Positions 51,937 to 62,027 of a stretch of DNA of 64,000 bases are shown here, piece by piece. Under the pieces are notes generated by a model that made no database searches, had not been told where the DNA came from, and saw only the letters and a list, made by a program, of their open reading frames with translations. The position numbers were made by a program, and so were the translations under genes. The stretch is from Escherichia phage vB_EcoM-PM133. Location of the stretch: the sequence record MZ234052.1; one strand, given 5' to 3'. Positions within the stretch are counted from its first letter, which is position 1; each line of letters begins with the position of its first letter.

Positions 51937-52467
51937 ATGTCGCAAGCACTGCAACAAATTTTTAACCAAGCAAATACAACTAACTTTGTAGTATCAATAC
52001 CACATAGTAATACTACATCTGCTTTTACTTTAAATGCTCAGTCAGTTCCTATTCCAGGAATTAGAATACCTGTTACTGATACCGTGACTGGGCCGTTTGG
52101 ACTGGGCCGAGCACAACGTCCAGGTGCTACATTTGAGTACGATCCACTCATCGTGAGATTTATAGTTGATGAAGAACTTAAGTCATGGATAGGAATGTAT
52201 GAATGGATGCTAGGAACTAGCAACTATCTTACAGGTGAAAATACTGCCCAAAAAACAGGTCCTGAATACATTACGCTTTACATTTTAGATAATAGCAAAA
52301 CTGAAATCGTGATGTCAATAAATTTTTATAAGCCTTGGGTTTCTGACCTATCTGAAGTAGAATTTAGCTACACAGAAGATTCAGACCCAGCTTTAGTATG
52401 CACAGCAACGATTCCTTATACGTATTTTCAAGTAGAAAAAGATGGAAAAATTATAGCGGAAGTTTAA
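51937..52467 (+). CDS. 3: tail completion / sheath stabiliser (T4 gp3-like)
   Basis: 176 aa from ATG with SD AGGAA (ORF-track TTG start rejected). Confidence 0.8.
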   Translation: MSQALQQIFNQANTTNFVVSIPHSNTTSAFTLNAQSVPIPGIRIPVTDTVTGPFGLGRAQRPGATFEYDPLIVRFIVDEELKSWIGMYEWMLGTSNYLTGENTAQKTGPEYITLYILDNSKTEIVMSINFYKPWVSDLSEVEFSYTEDSDPALVCTATIPYTYFQVEKDGKIIAEV

Positions 52468-52491
52468 TGCTTCAGTTTCATGTGTTATAAT
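52466..52491 (+). promoter_or_regulatory. candidate middle promoter (MotA-box-like aaTGCTTcA plus TATAAT) upstream of gene 1
   Basis: TGCTT centred about 30 nt and TATAAT about 10 nt before the likely start site. Confidence 0.4.
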
Positions 52492-52516
52492 CTTAACTAA
52501 ATTTGAGGAGAAACAT

Positions 52517-53241
52517 ATGAAATTAATCTTTTTAAGCGGTGTAAAGCGTAGTGGAAAAGATACTACTGCTGATTTTATCATGAGCAATTATTCTGCAGTT
52601 AAATACCAACTTGCTGGTCCTATTAAGGATGCATTGGCTTATGCATGGGGAGTATTTGCAGCAAATACCGACTATCCTTGCTTAACTCGTAAAGAGTTTG
52701 AAGGAATTGACTATGATCGTGAGACTAATTTAAATCTAACTAAATTAGAAGTAATCACGATTATGGAACAAGCATTTTGCTATCTTAATGGTAAAAGCCC
52801 AATTAAAGGTGTGTTTGTTTTTGATGACGAAGGACAAGAATCAGTTAATTCCGTAGCATTTAACAAGATTATTGACGTTATAAATAATATTGAAGATCAA
52901 TGGTCAGTCCGTCGTCTGATGCAAGCCCTAGGTACGGATTTGATTGTTAATAACTTCGACCGCATGTACTGGGTAAAATTATTTGCTTTAGATTATCTTG
53001 ATAAATTTAACTCAGGTTATGATTATTATATCGTTCCTGATACCCGTCAAGATCATGAAATGGATGCGGCTAGGGCGATGGGTGCTACAGTAATTCATGT
53101 AGTTCGTCCTGGTCAAAAATCCAATGATACACATATTACAGAAGCTGGATTGCCAATTCGTGATGGCGATTTAGTAATTACAAACGATGGTTCTCTTGAA
53201 GAACTTTTTTCTAAAATTAAAAATACACTAAAGGTACTATA

Positions 53242-53242
<1 letters not shown>
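52517..53242 (+). CDS. 1: dNMP kinase (T4 gp1-like)
   Basis: 241 aa, P-loop-like GVKRSGKD. Confidence 0.85.
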
Positions 53243-53939
<697 letters not shown>

Positions 53940-53951
53940 TTTCACAAAGTT

Positions 53952-53990
53952 GTTTACATACTGATGAGGTAGTGATACTATTACCTCATC
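53952..53990 (+). promoter_or_regulatory. early-type promoter (GTTTAC, 18 bp, TACTAT) with 9-bp dyad arms flanking the -10
   Basis: GATGAGGTA gtgatactat TACCTCATC. Confidence 0.5.
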
Positions 53991-54011
53991 AAAATTAATT
54001 AGGAAAATAAA

Positions 54012-54302
54012 ATGAAAACATTTAAAGAATTTACTTCTACTACAACTACCCCGGTTTCTACCATTACCGAAGCTACTCTTACTTCTGAAGTTATTAAAGC
54101 AAATAAATGACGAGAAGGTAAACCAATGATTAGTCTGGTTGATGGCGAAGAAATCAAAGGTACTGTTTATCTAGGTGATGGGTGGTCTGCTAAAAAGGAT
54201 GGTGCTACAATCGTTATCTCTCCTGCTGAAGAAACTGCGTTGTTTAAAGCTAAACACATTTCTGCGGCACATCTCAAGATTATTGCTAAAAATCTTTTGT
54301 AA
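54012..54302 (+). CDS. ipI-position internal-protein-like gene split by an in-frame TGA
   Basis: 32 codons starting MKTFKEF, then TGA followed by C, then 58 further in-frame codons (second ATG at 54126 has its own AAGG SD). Confidence 0.5.
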
Positions 54303-54321
54303 TAAACAATTTCACAAAGTT

Positions 54322-54359
54322 GTTTACATAGGGTTTTAGTTGTGATACTATTACCCTAT
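54322..54359 (+). promoter_or_regulatory. early-type promoter copy with dyad arms (ATAGGGT / ACCCTAT)
   Basis: 23-nt upstream module aatttcacaaagttgtttacata identical to the copy at 53939. Confidence 0.5.
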
Positions 54360-54385
54360 CAAAACAAAACCAAATGGAAATCAAA

Positions 54386-54619
54386 ATGAAAACTTACCAA
54401 GAATTTATTGCTGAAACTGCTGATGTAAAAGTTGAGTTTATTTACACTGGCAAGAAAGATAAAATGGGTGAAATGCCTCATGGAGTTCTTCGTGATGCAT
54501 TAGATAATTTCGGTCAACTCGCCGCAGAAGATTACGGTGATAAAATTGTTGTTACTGGTCCTGCTGCAGTTATTGAAAAATGGGCAGCAGAAAATAAATC
54601 AATTTTTCGTAAAAAATAA
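54386..54619 (+). CDS. internal-protein-like gene with capsid-targeting leader MKTYQEFIAE
   Basis: 77 aa from the ATG that gives the MKTYQEFIAE N-terminus. Confidence 0.65.
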   Translation: MKTYQEFIAETADVKVEFIYTGKKDKMGEMPHGVLRDALDNFGQLAAEDYGDKIVVTGPAAVIEKWAAENKSIFRKK

Positions 54620-54658
54620 GTTTACTTTTAGATAGGGTAGTGATACTATTACCCTATC
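54620..54658 (+). promoter_or_regulatory. early-type promoter with 9-bp dyad arms (GATAGGGTA gtgatactat TACCCTATC)
   Basis: GTTTAC, 18 bp, TACTAT. Confidence 0.5.
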
Positions 54659-54677
54659 TACTACTGAGGAGAATAAA

Positions 54678-54863
54678 ATGAAACGTTGTGAATTAATTCG
54701 AAATGTTGCTATTGCAATTTCTGCTTCCGCTTTCAGTTTTTCAATGTTTGTTGGATTTATATGCGGATTATTGACTACGGCAGAAAATGTTTTTTCACTT
54801 GTAGTAGCATTTTTAATTGGTTTAATTGCTATTGTTATGGATAAAATTTCTAAAGGTGAATAA
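54678..54863 (+). CDS. small hydrophobic (2-TM) protein
   Basis: 61 aa, SD GAGGAG. Confidence 0.5.
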   Translation: MKRCELIRNVAIAISASAFSFSMFVGFICGLLTTAENVFSLVVAFLIGLIAIVMDKISKGE

Positions 54864-55261
54864 TGAACGTTGAATATTATGTATATGCGGATTACGAAAA
54901 TAATCCGTCTAAAGATGAAGATAATCGTTTAGGTGTAGATGCTTTCGATTCCCCTGCGGCGGCATGGCAATGGGTTGAAAGAACCGATATTCCTTACCGT
55001 TATATTGAAGTGGTTGACCACGCAGGAAACAAGTATCCTAAGGAAGCATATGTTGCTTCCGGGAAGGTAAATTTCCTTTTGTTTGCAGGTGATAATTATT
55101 ATCCCCGTGGTGGGTATACCGATTTAATTGCTAAAGCATTCTCTGAAGATGAACTCCGTGACATTATCAAAGAAAATGAAAACAAACCGATGGATTCTAA
55201 TCGCTTTGATTGGTGGCAAATCGTAAATGCTAATACTCACACTATTGTTGATGAAGGCTGA
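54863..55261 (+). CDS. hypothetical protein
   Basis: 132 aa, ATGA overlap. Confidence 0.5.
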   Translation: MNVEYYVYADYENNPSKDEDNRLGVDAFDSPAAAWQWVERTDIPYRYIEVVDHAGNKYPKEAYVASGKVNFLLFAGDNYYPRGGYTDLIAKAFSEDELRDIIKENENKPMDSNRFDWWQIVNANTHTIVDEG

Positions 55262-55263
55262 TA

Positions 55264-55551
55264 ATGATTCTTTATGCGAAAGTATCATCCATTGAAAATG
55301 GATATAAATATGATCAAGACGCGGCTAAAGCTTTGATTGATGATTATGGCATTTTAACATGTTTTGAAGTTGAAAAGGTTTACATTGACCGTTCATCTTC
55401 TCAAGTTAAATTAGTGAAGGAAGAACGTAAATTTAATACAGTAAATTTTGATTTCTTTATTGAAACAGAAAAAGGTCCTCTTGAATATGATATTTTCAAG
55501 AATCCTTTGGGTCTTGAATGCATCGTAAATATGTATTATTATAAATGGTAA
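55264..55551 (+). CDS. hypothetical protein
   Basis: 95 aa. Confidence 0.5.
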   Translation: MILYAKVSSIENGYKYDQDAAKALIDDYGILTCFEVEKVYIDRSSSQVKLVKEERKFNTVNFDFFIETEKGPLEYDIFKNPLGLECIVNMYYYKW

Positions 55552-55648
55552 ATATGCTTTAAGAATTATTTGTTATTATTAACTCATATCGCACTGATTA
55601 ATACCCTCTATCATCAAGGGTTCTTGCTTAAGAGCCTTTGTTAATAAT

Positions 55649-55721
55649 TGGGAATTAGCCAAGTTGGTAAGGCACTGGATTTTGATTCCAGGATGCAAAG
55701 GTTCGAGTCCTTTATTCCCAG
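55649..55721 (+). tRNA. tRNA-Gln (anticodon UUG)
   Basis: cloverleaf folded by hand: acceptor TGGGAAT/ATTCCCA, anticodon loop TTTTGAT, T-loop TTCGAGT. Confidence 0.85.
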
Positions 55722-55722
55722 C

Positions 55723-55809
55723 GCGAGAATGGCCAAATTGGTAAAGGCACAGCACTTAAAATGCTGCGGAATGATTTCCTTGTGGGTTCGAGTCCCACTT
55801 CTCGCACCA
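55723..55809 (+). tRNA. tRNA-Leu (anticodon UAA), long variable arm
   Basis: acceptor GCGAGAA/TTCTCGC, anticodon loop CTTAAAA, CCA encoded. Confidence 0.85.
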
Positions 55810-55814
55810 AATTT

Positions 55815-55888
<74 letters not shown>

Positions 55889-55898
55889 ATTTAATTTA

Positions 55899-55972
55899 CT
55901 CCGTGTAGCTCAGTTTGGTAGAGCGTCTGCTTTGGGAGCAGAATGTCGTAGGTTCAAATCCTGCCACGGAGA
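55899..55972 (+). tRNA. tRNA-Pro (anticodon UGG)
   Basis: acceptor CTCCGTG/CACGGAG, anticodon loop TTTGGGA. Confidence 0.85.
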
Positions 55973-55974
55973 CT

Positions 55975-56063
55975 GGAGGCGTGGCAGAGTGGTTTAATGC
56001 ACCGGTCTTGAAAACCGGCAGTCGCTCCGGCGACTCATAGGTTCAAATCCTATCGCCTCCGCC
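55975..56063 (+). tRNA. tRNA-Ser (anticodon UGA), long variable arm
   Basis: acceptor GGAGGCG/CGCCTCC, anticodon loop CTTGAAA. Confidence 0.85.
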
Positions 56064-56069
56064 AGTTTT

Positions 56070-56145
56070 GCTGATTTAGCTCAGTAGGTAGAGCAACTCA
56101 CTTGTAATGAGAAGGTCGGCGGTTCGATTCCGTCAATCAGCACCA
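56070..56145 (+). tRNA. tRNA-Thr (anticodon UGU)
   Basis: acceptor GCTGATT/AATCAGC, anticodon loop CTTGTAA. Confidence 0.85.
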
Positions 56146-56146
56146 A

Positions 56147-56221
56147 GGCCCTGTAGCTGGAAGGTTCAAGCAAGCGACTCATAATCGCCAGATGGTGGTT
56201 CAATTCCACCCAGGGCCACCA
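56147..56221 (+). tRNA. tRNA with CAU anticodon (Ile by analogy with T4, or Met)
   Basis: acceptor GGCCCTG/CAGGGCC, anticodon loop CTCATAA. Confidence 0.8.
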
Positions 56222-56230
56222 AATTAATTT

Positions 56231-56317
56231 GGGGAGTTATCCCGTAGAGGTAGCGGTGTGGACTGTAAATTCATTGTCATTGCGACTCGGGTGGTTCGAC
56301 TCCACCACTCCCCACCA
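56231..56317 (+). tRNA. tRNA-Tyr (anticodon GUA), type II with long variable arm
   Basis: acceptor GGGGAGT/ACTCCCC, anticodon loop CTGTAAA, T-loop TTCGACT, 3-bp variable-arm stem. Confidence 0.7.
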
Positions 56318-56321
56318 ATTT

Positions 56322-56396
56322 GGATGTGTAGCTCAATAGCAGAGCGATCGCCTGTTAAGCGATTGGTTATAGGTTCGAATCCTATCACGTCCGCCA
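56322..56396 (+). tRNA. tRNA-Asn (anticodon GUU)
   Basis: acceptor GGATGTG/CACGTCC (one G-U), anticodon stem ATCGC/GCGAT, loop CTGTTAA. Confidence 0.8.
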
Positions 56397-56400
56397 AATA

Positions 56401-56476
56401 CGAGGCATAGCTCAGAAGGAAGAGCAAGGACCTTCTAAGTCCTGGGTCGTAGGTTCGATCCCTACTGCCTCGACCA
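56401..56476 (+). tRNA. tRNA-Arg (anticodon UCU)
   Basis: acceptor CGAGGCA/TGCCTCG, anticodon loop CTTCTAA. Confidence 0.85.
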
Positions 56477-56790
56477 GACAAGAAGCCGGGTCGCTACCGG
56501 CAAGTCGTCGGACTGATGTTCCCTGTTTAAGGACTGGTATTAATAAATCTTTATGTTTTGTTAATGTCCCCTTATATCACAGCAGAAACGGCGCACCGAA
56601 TTATCGATTCGAGGAAATATCTTTGCCGTAAGCCGAGTAGCGTTTTTGACGGAACGTTCGGATATGGTCGAGATATGGCCTTTTAAAAATATTGAGTAGC
56701 GTCAACTGCTTAATAACCGGGTTCGAATCCCGGCGTTTCGTACAAACACTTGCCTTAGCAGGTGGAACCCCGACAAGGTTGCCGCAAGGC
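56477..56790 (+). ncRNA. candidate stable structured RNA(s) downstream of tRNA-Arg (T4 species 1/2 RNA position)
   Basis: no ORF; tRNA-like T-arm CCGGGTTCGAATCCCGG at about 56717-56733; ends at terminator. Confidence 0.35.
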
Positions 56791-56820
56791 TTAGCCCCGA
56801 CCGAAAGGTTGGGGCTTTTT
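56790..56820 (+). terminator. rho-independent terminator (AGCCCCGACC gaaa GGTTGGGGCT + TTTTT)
   Basis: long GC stem plus T-run; near-identical copy at 57344. Confidence 0.65.
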
Positions 56821-56822
56821 AG

Positions 56823-56830
56823 TATAAATA
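56823..56830 (+). promoter_or_regulatory. late promoter motif TATAAATA upstream of the 56867 gene
   Basis: exact TATAAATA 37 nt upstream of ATG. Confidence 0.5.
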
Positions 56831-56866
56831 AGTATATTAAAACCCCGAATTAAAACAGGAAATAAG

Positions 56867-57340
56867 ATGAAATCATATACTCAATTTTTAAATGAAGCGG
56901 TGTTAAATGAAGCATCTAGCACTGAAATTCAAGCTGTTGCAAAAGCTGCCATTGCCGCGGGTAAATATTCCTATAAAGATGCTTCCGATGAATCACGATT
57001 CCAATTTGCTCGTGATATGAAAGCCGAAGGATTTACAGGGAATGCAGTTAGTATGGCTTGGAAAAGTTTAGTTGCTACTGGAGCTGCTTTTGCAAAGGCT
57101 TCAGGTAAACCTGCTCCTAAAGCAGATCCTAAAGTCACACAAGAGAAAAATATTGTTAAAGGAATTATCTCCAAATATGAAGCTATCCTTAAAGAGCTTT
57201 TAGTAATCAAAACTGAAGGCCAAAAGCTAGCTCGTGCTTATAGTTTCAAAGATAACCCACATGTTCACTCTCTTGAGTATGTTGAAGACATCCAAAAAAT
57301 TATTAAAGACCGCATTTGGTCTGCTAAACAAATCAAATAA
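56867..57340 (+). CDS. internal-protein-like gene with capsid-targeting-like leader (MKSYTQFLNE)
   Basis: 157 aa, SD AGGAAA; flanked by duplicated terminator. Confidence 0.6.
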   Translation: MKSYTQFLNEAVLNEASSTEIQAVAKAAIAAGKYSYKDASDESRFQFARDMKAEGFTGNAVSMAWKSLVATGAAFAKASGKPAPKADPKVTQEKNIVKGIISKYEAILKELLVIKTEGQKLARAYSFKDNPHVHSLEYVEDIQKIIKDRIWSAKQIK

Positions 57341-57343
57341 CAT

Positions 57344-57374
57344 TCTTAGCCCCGACCAAAAGGTTGGGGCTTTT
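57344..57374 (+). terminator. rho-independent terminator, second copy of the 56790 element
   Basis: identical stem, one loop substitution, T-run. Confidence 0.65.
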
Positions 57375-57509
57375 TGGTATCTAGGCCTTTCCGGGCCTCT
57401 CTAGACATCATTTAGTTTCTACCCTTTATAATATATTATCCTATCTTTTAATTGCCCCTCCCTGCCCTAGAATTCCCTAAAACTTTTTAAAAAATTTTTT
57501 CACAAAACT

Positions 57510-57539
57510 GTTTACACCCCTGTTCTTCCATGGTACTAT
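57510..57539 (+). promoter_or_regulatory. early-type promoter (GTTTAC, 18 bp, TACTAT)
   Basis: same upstream module ttcacaaa...gtttac as other copies. Confidence 0.45.
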
Positions 57540-57581
57540 ACAACTATCAACTACTGATACAAAAACAACTTGGAGAATGAA

Positions 57582-57845
57582 ATGGATAATTACGGCGAAC
57601 TGTTCAACTTCTTTATGAAATGTGTTTCAGAAGATTTCGGTCGTACAGTGAATGATATTAAAGTTATCGGTCCTGACCATCCGATGTTTGAAACCTATGC
57701 AGTAATGGGTAATGAAGATGGTCAGTGGTATACTGTAAAGGTTGTGATTAACATGTTCACTGCTGAAGGTTATGTTAAACTGTCTTCTAAAGTTTACCAT
57801 GATAACGATGAAATCGCAGAAGAATATTTCAATAATATGAAATAA
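57582..57845 (+). CDS. hypothetical protein
   Basis: 87 aa from ATG with SD GGAGAA. Confidence 0.5.
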   Translation: MDNYGELFNFFMKCVSEDFGRTVNDIKVIGPDHPMFETYAVMGNEDGQWYTVKVVINMFTAEGYVKLSSKVYHDNDEIAEEYFNNMK

Positions 57846-57914
57846 TTGTGTACAAACGCCAAGGACGGTGTTATTATAGACTTATCAAAACAAATACAGA
57901 AAACGGAGAAATAA

Positions 57915-58091
57915 ATGACTACTTTAATTATTTGGTTCGACGAAAATGAAGAAACATACTGCGTGAACATTGGCGAAAGCCCAATGCCAGAATTTGAATC
58001 TTCGGATAAAAACTCGGTTGTATCTTGGGCTGAAGGTTATAAAGCAGCAAAAGGCGATGTTGAAATAGTTTACAAACTATCCGGAGTATAA
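57915..58091 (+). CDS. hypothetical small protein
   Basis: 58 codons, SD GGAGAA; below ORF-track cutoff. Confidence 0.4.
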   Translation: MTTLIIWFDENEETYCVNIGESPMPEFESSDKNSVVSWAEGYKAAKGDVEIVYKLSGV

Positions 58092-58134
58092 TACTCTCAT
58101 GGATTTTAAATCTCAATTAACCTAAGGAAATACT

Positions 58135-58728
58135 ATGAACACACTGAAGAAAATTGTTGAGTTTATTCACACTAAACTTGGTTCTGCTATGGCTAAAAAT
58201 CTATCTGTCGAAGAACAGTATACTGCTGCAGCAGCAAAACTACTTGATAAAATTAAAGATCTAAAAACTGCTTCTGTTAAATCTATTAACGAAGAAAAAC
58301 GTATTCGTGAACTTGTTATCGAAAAGAATCGACAGGCCGAATCAAAAGAGCGTGAAATTCGTAAACTTCTTTCCGAAGGCCAAGATGTAACAATGCATGC
58401 TAAACTCGGTTTACTATATCGTCGAACAGCTGAGCAGTTGACTACTAAGGCTGACGGTTATGCTGAAATGCGAATTGAAATCGCCAAGAAAGTAGTTGAG
58501 TTAGATGATGCTCGTCAAGAACTTGCGGTTAAATTGGAATATATCCGTGAAACTCGTGCAGCGAATGCCCTTGGAATTAGTACTGCCGATGATGTAGTTG
58601 AAATTGCAGCACTGACTAAGGTTGATATTGAAGATACCCTTGCTCGAGTTGAAACCTTTAACGGTAATATTTCTGGGGTTGAAACTACCTCTGCCGATGT
58701 TCAGGAATACATTAATTCTCTGAAATAA
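58135..58728 (+). CDS. hypothetical coiled-coil protein
   Basis: 197 aa, K/E-rich heptad-like sequence, SD AAGGAAA. Confidence 0.5.
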   Translation: MNTLKKIVEFIHTKLGSAMAKNLSVEEQYTAAAAKLLDKIKDLKTASVKSINEEKRIRELVIEKNRQAESKEREIRKLLSEGQDVTMHAKLGLLYRRTAEQLTTKADGYAEMRIEIAKKVVELDDARQELAVKLEYIRETRAANALGISTADDVVEIAALTKVDIEDTLARVETFNGNISGVETTSADVQEYINSLK

Positions 58729-58732
58729 TGAT

Positions 58733-58757
58733 AAGGGGCTTCGGCCCCTTATACTTG
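58733..58757 (+). terminator. hairpin (AAGGGGC ttcg GCCCCTT) after the 58135 gene
   Basis: GC stem-loop, weak T-run. Confidence 0.4.
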
Positions 58758-58769
58758 GAGTAAATAGGA

Positions 58770-59384
58770 ATGAAAATGAAAATGCAAAGTGATTTCAATT
58801 CAATGTTTGAAGAGTTCCAAAAACAGGTTGATGTTCCAGACCAATTACTAAATGCTCTTAAACGCATGGCAGAAGGACGTAATTACTATTGGGGGTCTTC
58901 ATATGAAACTGATGAAAGCCTTTCCGGAAGATTTTCTAGAGGTAAAAAGTCTTTAATACGTCCTGGAATACTCATTAACAGTATTGAATCAATTCATTCA
59001 TTGACGTGTGATTTTGATGTTGAATTTACTGATTTCATTTCTCCTGAATGGACGGTTTGTTATTTAAACGACGATTTTGATTATCTCGGTGTTTATAGTT
59101 TAAGTGACGCATGGTTTAAACGTAATTTACAAAAGTCAAATTTATTTTATATTGATACTACTGTAAAATTTCAGGGCAAGAAATATTTCTTTACTCTTAT
59201 AGTTGATTCTGAAACGAAGCATGAAAATAAACGTATTCTTAGTAAAAAGAATATCTTAACTATTGTTGATGATCTTTTTGATAAATTTGTAGAAAATCCC
59301 AATTTTGAAAGTGATTTATTACTAGAAAAATTTGTTAAGGAATGTAGAGAATATGTCAAAACCATCACTATACCTTCCAAGTAA
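58770..59384 (+). CDS. hypothetical protein
   Basis: 204 aa; C-terminal FVKECR motif shared with downstream genes. Confidence 0.5.
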   Translation: MKMKMQSDFNSMFEEFQKQVDVPDQLLNALKRMAEGRNYYWGSSYETDESLSGRFSRGKKSLIRPGILINSIESIHSLTCDFDVEFTDFISPEWTVCYLNDDFDYLGVYSLSDAWFKRNLQKSNLFYIDTTVKFQGKKYFFTLIVDSETKHENKRILSKKNILTIVDDLFDKFVENPNFESDLLLEKFVKECREYVKTITIPSK

Positions 59385-59745
59385 ACCTGTGAAGTATGAA
59401 CCAAAGCGTCAGATAATTTCTACTGATGTGTTAATAGGTCCTGTTATACTCATATCATTTGTAATTCTATTGATTATTGGAGGTGTTTTAGATGTTATGA
59501 CTGATATTGATTCTGGCGAAATACTTGTGTTAATGCTAATTCTTCCATTAATAGTTCCACTTTTATTAGTACCCGTAAATTGGGTAGGATACTGGTATCA
59601 AGGAAGACATTATCGTAAACGTGTACGTGATTGGAAAGCTCAGTGTAAAAAGATTAAAAAGGAACACCGGCTTAAGCTAGATATGTATGAATTTGATGAA
59701 ATTATGAAATTTGTTAAGGAATCACGATGCAAAAGCCAAAACTAA
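59353..59745 (+). CDS. small 2-TM membrane protein, family member 1
   Basis: about 130 aa from first ATG; two hydrophobic helices; C-terminal FVKESRCK. Confidence 0.5.
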   Translation: MSKPSLYLPSKPVKYEPKRQIISTDVLIGPVILISFVILLIIGGVLDVMTDIDSGEILVLMLILPLIVPLLLVPVNWVGYWYQGRHYRKRVRDWKAQCKKIKKEHRLKLDMYEFDEIMKFVKESRCKSQN

Positions 59746-60089
59746 ATAAAGTCAAATATTCGTTTCCTGAGGCACTATTAATTCTTGCTGTATCAGTATT
59801 TGCAGCTCTTGCGGGTAGTCTTATTGGATTGTTAATTGACTGTTTTATTTTAAATATCGACGGCACAGTAATTATAACAGAGGTTTGGAGTGAACTTCGT
59901 TTTACTATAGCGATTTCATTATTTTCATTCTTTGGTACCATGTTATATTTTCATTATGATAATTTTAAAATAAATTGGCAAAGAAAAAAGGATTACAAAA
60001 TACAATTAAAGGAATATAATAGCTATATGTCTTATATTGAAAAAGAATCAATGGAAGAGTTTGTGAGTGATTGTAGGAAAATTAAATGA
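59727..60089 (+). CDS. small 2-TM membrane protein, family member 2
   Basis: 120 aa; C-terminal EFVSDCRKIK. Confidence 0.5.
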   Translation: MQKPKLNKVKYSFPEALLILAVSVFAALAGSLIGLLIDCFILNIDGTVIITEVWSELRFTIAISLFSFFGTMLYFHYDNFKINWQRKKDYKIQLKEYNSYMSYIEKESMEEFVSDCRKIK

Positions 60090-60574
60090 TTTTAAAAACT
60101 CGCTGGTATGATTTAGATGATGGGGACGATGGCATTTCAGTTGATAGAGTTGACTGGAATGGTTGTTCTGAAGATATGAAAAATTTGTTGATTAGGGAGT
60201 TTAGAATGGGATATCAAGCAGCTAAGCCATTTACTGTAACAGATGATAAGTTCGTATGTATTCAAAACGGTCGCGCTAAGTTAACGAATGCTGATTGGTT
60301 CACAGATAAGAAGGTTCTTCTGTGGTATATCATTAGTCTTCCTATATCATCGTTCGTATTTTACTTTTTTATAAAAAATCCAATGGACAGAATAGGAGAT
60401 TGGGTTCTTTTAACTATACTTGTTAATATTTTTACAGCAGCAGTATTATCAGGAATATGGCGTATGTTCATTGAAATGCCATGGCGTTTACGCAGACAAC
60501 AAAAGATTTTTGATGAAAAGAAATATACTCAAAATTTAAATAACTTTATCACTGAATGCAGGAAATTAAAATGA
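60086..60574 (+). CDS. 2-TM membrane protein with N-terminal soluble domain, family member 3
   Basis: 162 aa; C-terminal NFITECRKLK. Confidence 0.5.
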   Translation: MILKTRWYDLDDGDDGISVDRVDWNGCSEDMKNLLIREFRMGYQAAKPFTVTDDKFVCIQNGRAKLTNADWFTDKKVLLWYIISLPISSFVFYFFIKNPMDRIGDWVLLTILVNIFTAAVLSGIWRMFIEMPWRLRRQQKIFDEKKYTQNLNNFITECRKLK

Positions 60575-61003
60575 AAACATTATCAGCTGGTATTATCTTT
60601 ATGACAGAAGATAAAGATTTATTTATGGGACGAGTTACCGGTTCTCGTAAACCTGGAATGATTGCACATCGCTGGGATATTCCAAAGGGGCGTGTAGAAA
60701 GTTCTGATTTGAATGCACTGGAAGCTGCAAAAAGAGAATGCTCAGAAGAGACTGGTTTTATCGATTATAATCCAGACCTTCTAGAAGACTTAGGTGTATT
60801 TAAATATTCTAGTAATAAAGACTTACAGTTATTTTATTATACGATTCCAGTAGAGCATGAGATGTTTAGAAATTGCCATTGCGAGTCTTATTTTGAAAAT
60901 AAAGATGGCGTTATGATTCCAGAGATGGATGCTTTTGCTCTTATTCCTCGTACTCAGTGGCAATATGTGATGGGTCCTTCACTTTACCGAATAATGAACA
61001 GCC

Positions 61004-61011
<8 letters not shown>
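60556..61011 (+). CDS. nudE: Nudix hydrolase (NudE-like)
   Basis: 151 aa; Nudix box G-x5-E-x7-REC-x-EETG. Confidence 0.8.
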
Positions 61012-61542
<531 letters not shown>

Positions 61543-61546
61543 AGTT

Positions 61547-61583
61547 GTTTACTTTCTCCTAGAATTGTGATAGTATATTCACA
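61547..61583 (+). promoter_or_regulatory. early-type promoter (GTTTAC, 18 bp, TAGTAT) with dyad TGTGA / TCACA across the -10
   Basis: upstream of denV. Confidence 0.45.
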
Positions 61584-61601
61584 GTTACTTGGAGGGATAA
61601 A

Positions 61602-62018
61602 ATGACTCGTATTAATTTGACTTTAGTATCTGAACTTGCTGATCAACATTTAATCGCAGAATACCGTGAATTGCCGCGTGTTTTTGGTATAGTTCGTAAG
61701 CATGTGGCAAACGGTAAGCGCGTTAAAGATTTTAAAATATCTTCTAAATTTATTTTAGGTTCTGGTCATGTTACTTTCTTTTACGATAAGTTAGAATTTT
61801 TGCGAAAGCGTCAATTAGACATTATAACGGAATGCTTAAAACGAGGGTTCAGTATAAAAGATACTGAAGTTCCTGACATCAGCGATATTCCAGTAGAATG
61901 GAAAAATGATTATAATCCATGCAAATCAGCTATTAAATTGAGTCAACAACGACTTGATGAAAAAATTTTAATGAAACCACATTGGTATAAGTATTACGGT
62001 AAAAATATTTACATTTAA
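61602..62018 (+). CDS. denV: endonuclease V (pyrimidine-dimer DNA glycosylase)
   Basis: 138 aa; [18 protein letters not shown]-terminus. Confidence 0.95.
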   Translation: MTRINLTLVSELADQHLIAEYRELPRVFGIVRKHVANGKRVKDFKISSKFILGSGHVTFFYDKLEFLRKRQLDIITECLKRGFSIKDTEVPDISDIPVEWKNDYNPCKSAIKLSQQRLDEKILMKPHWYKYYGKNIYI

Positions 62019-62027
62019 AGGAAACAT

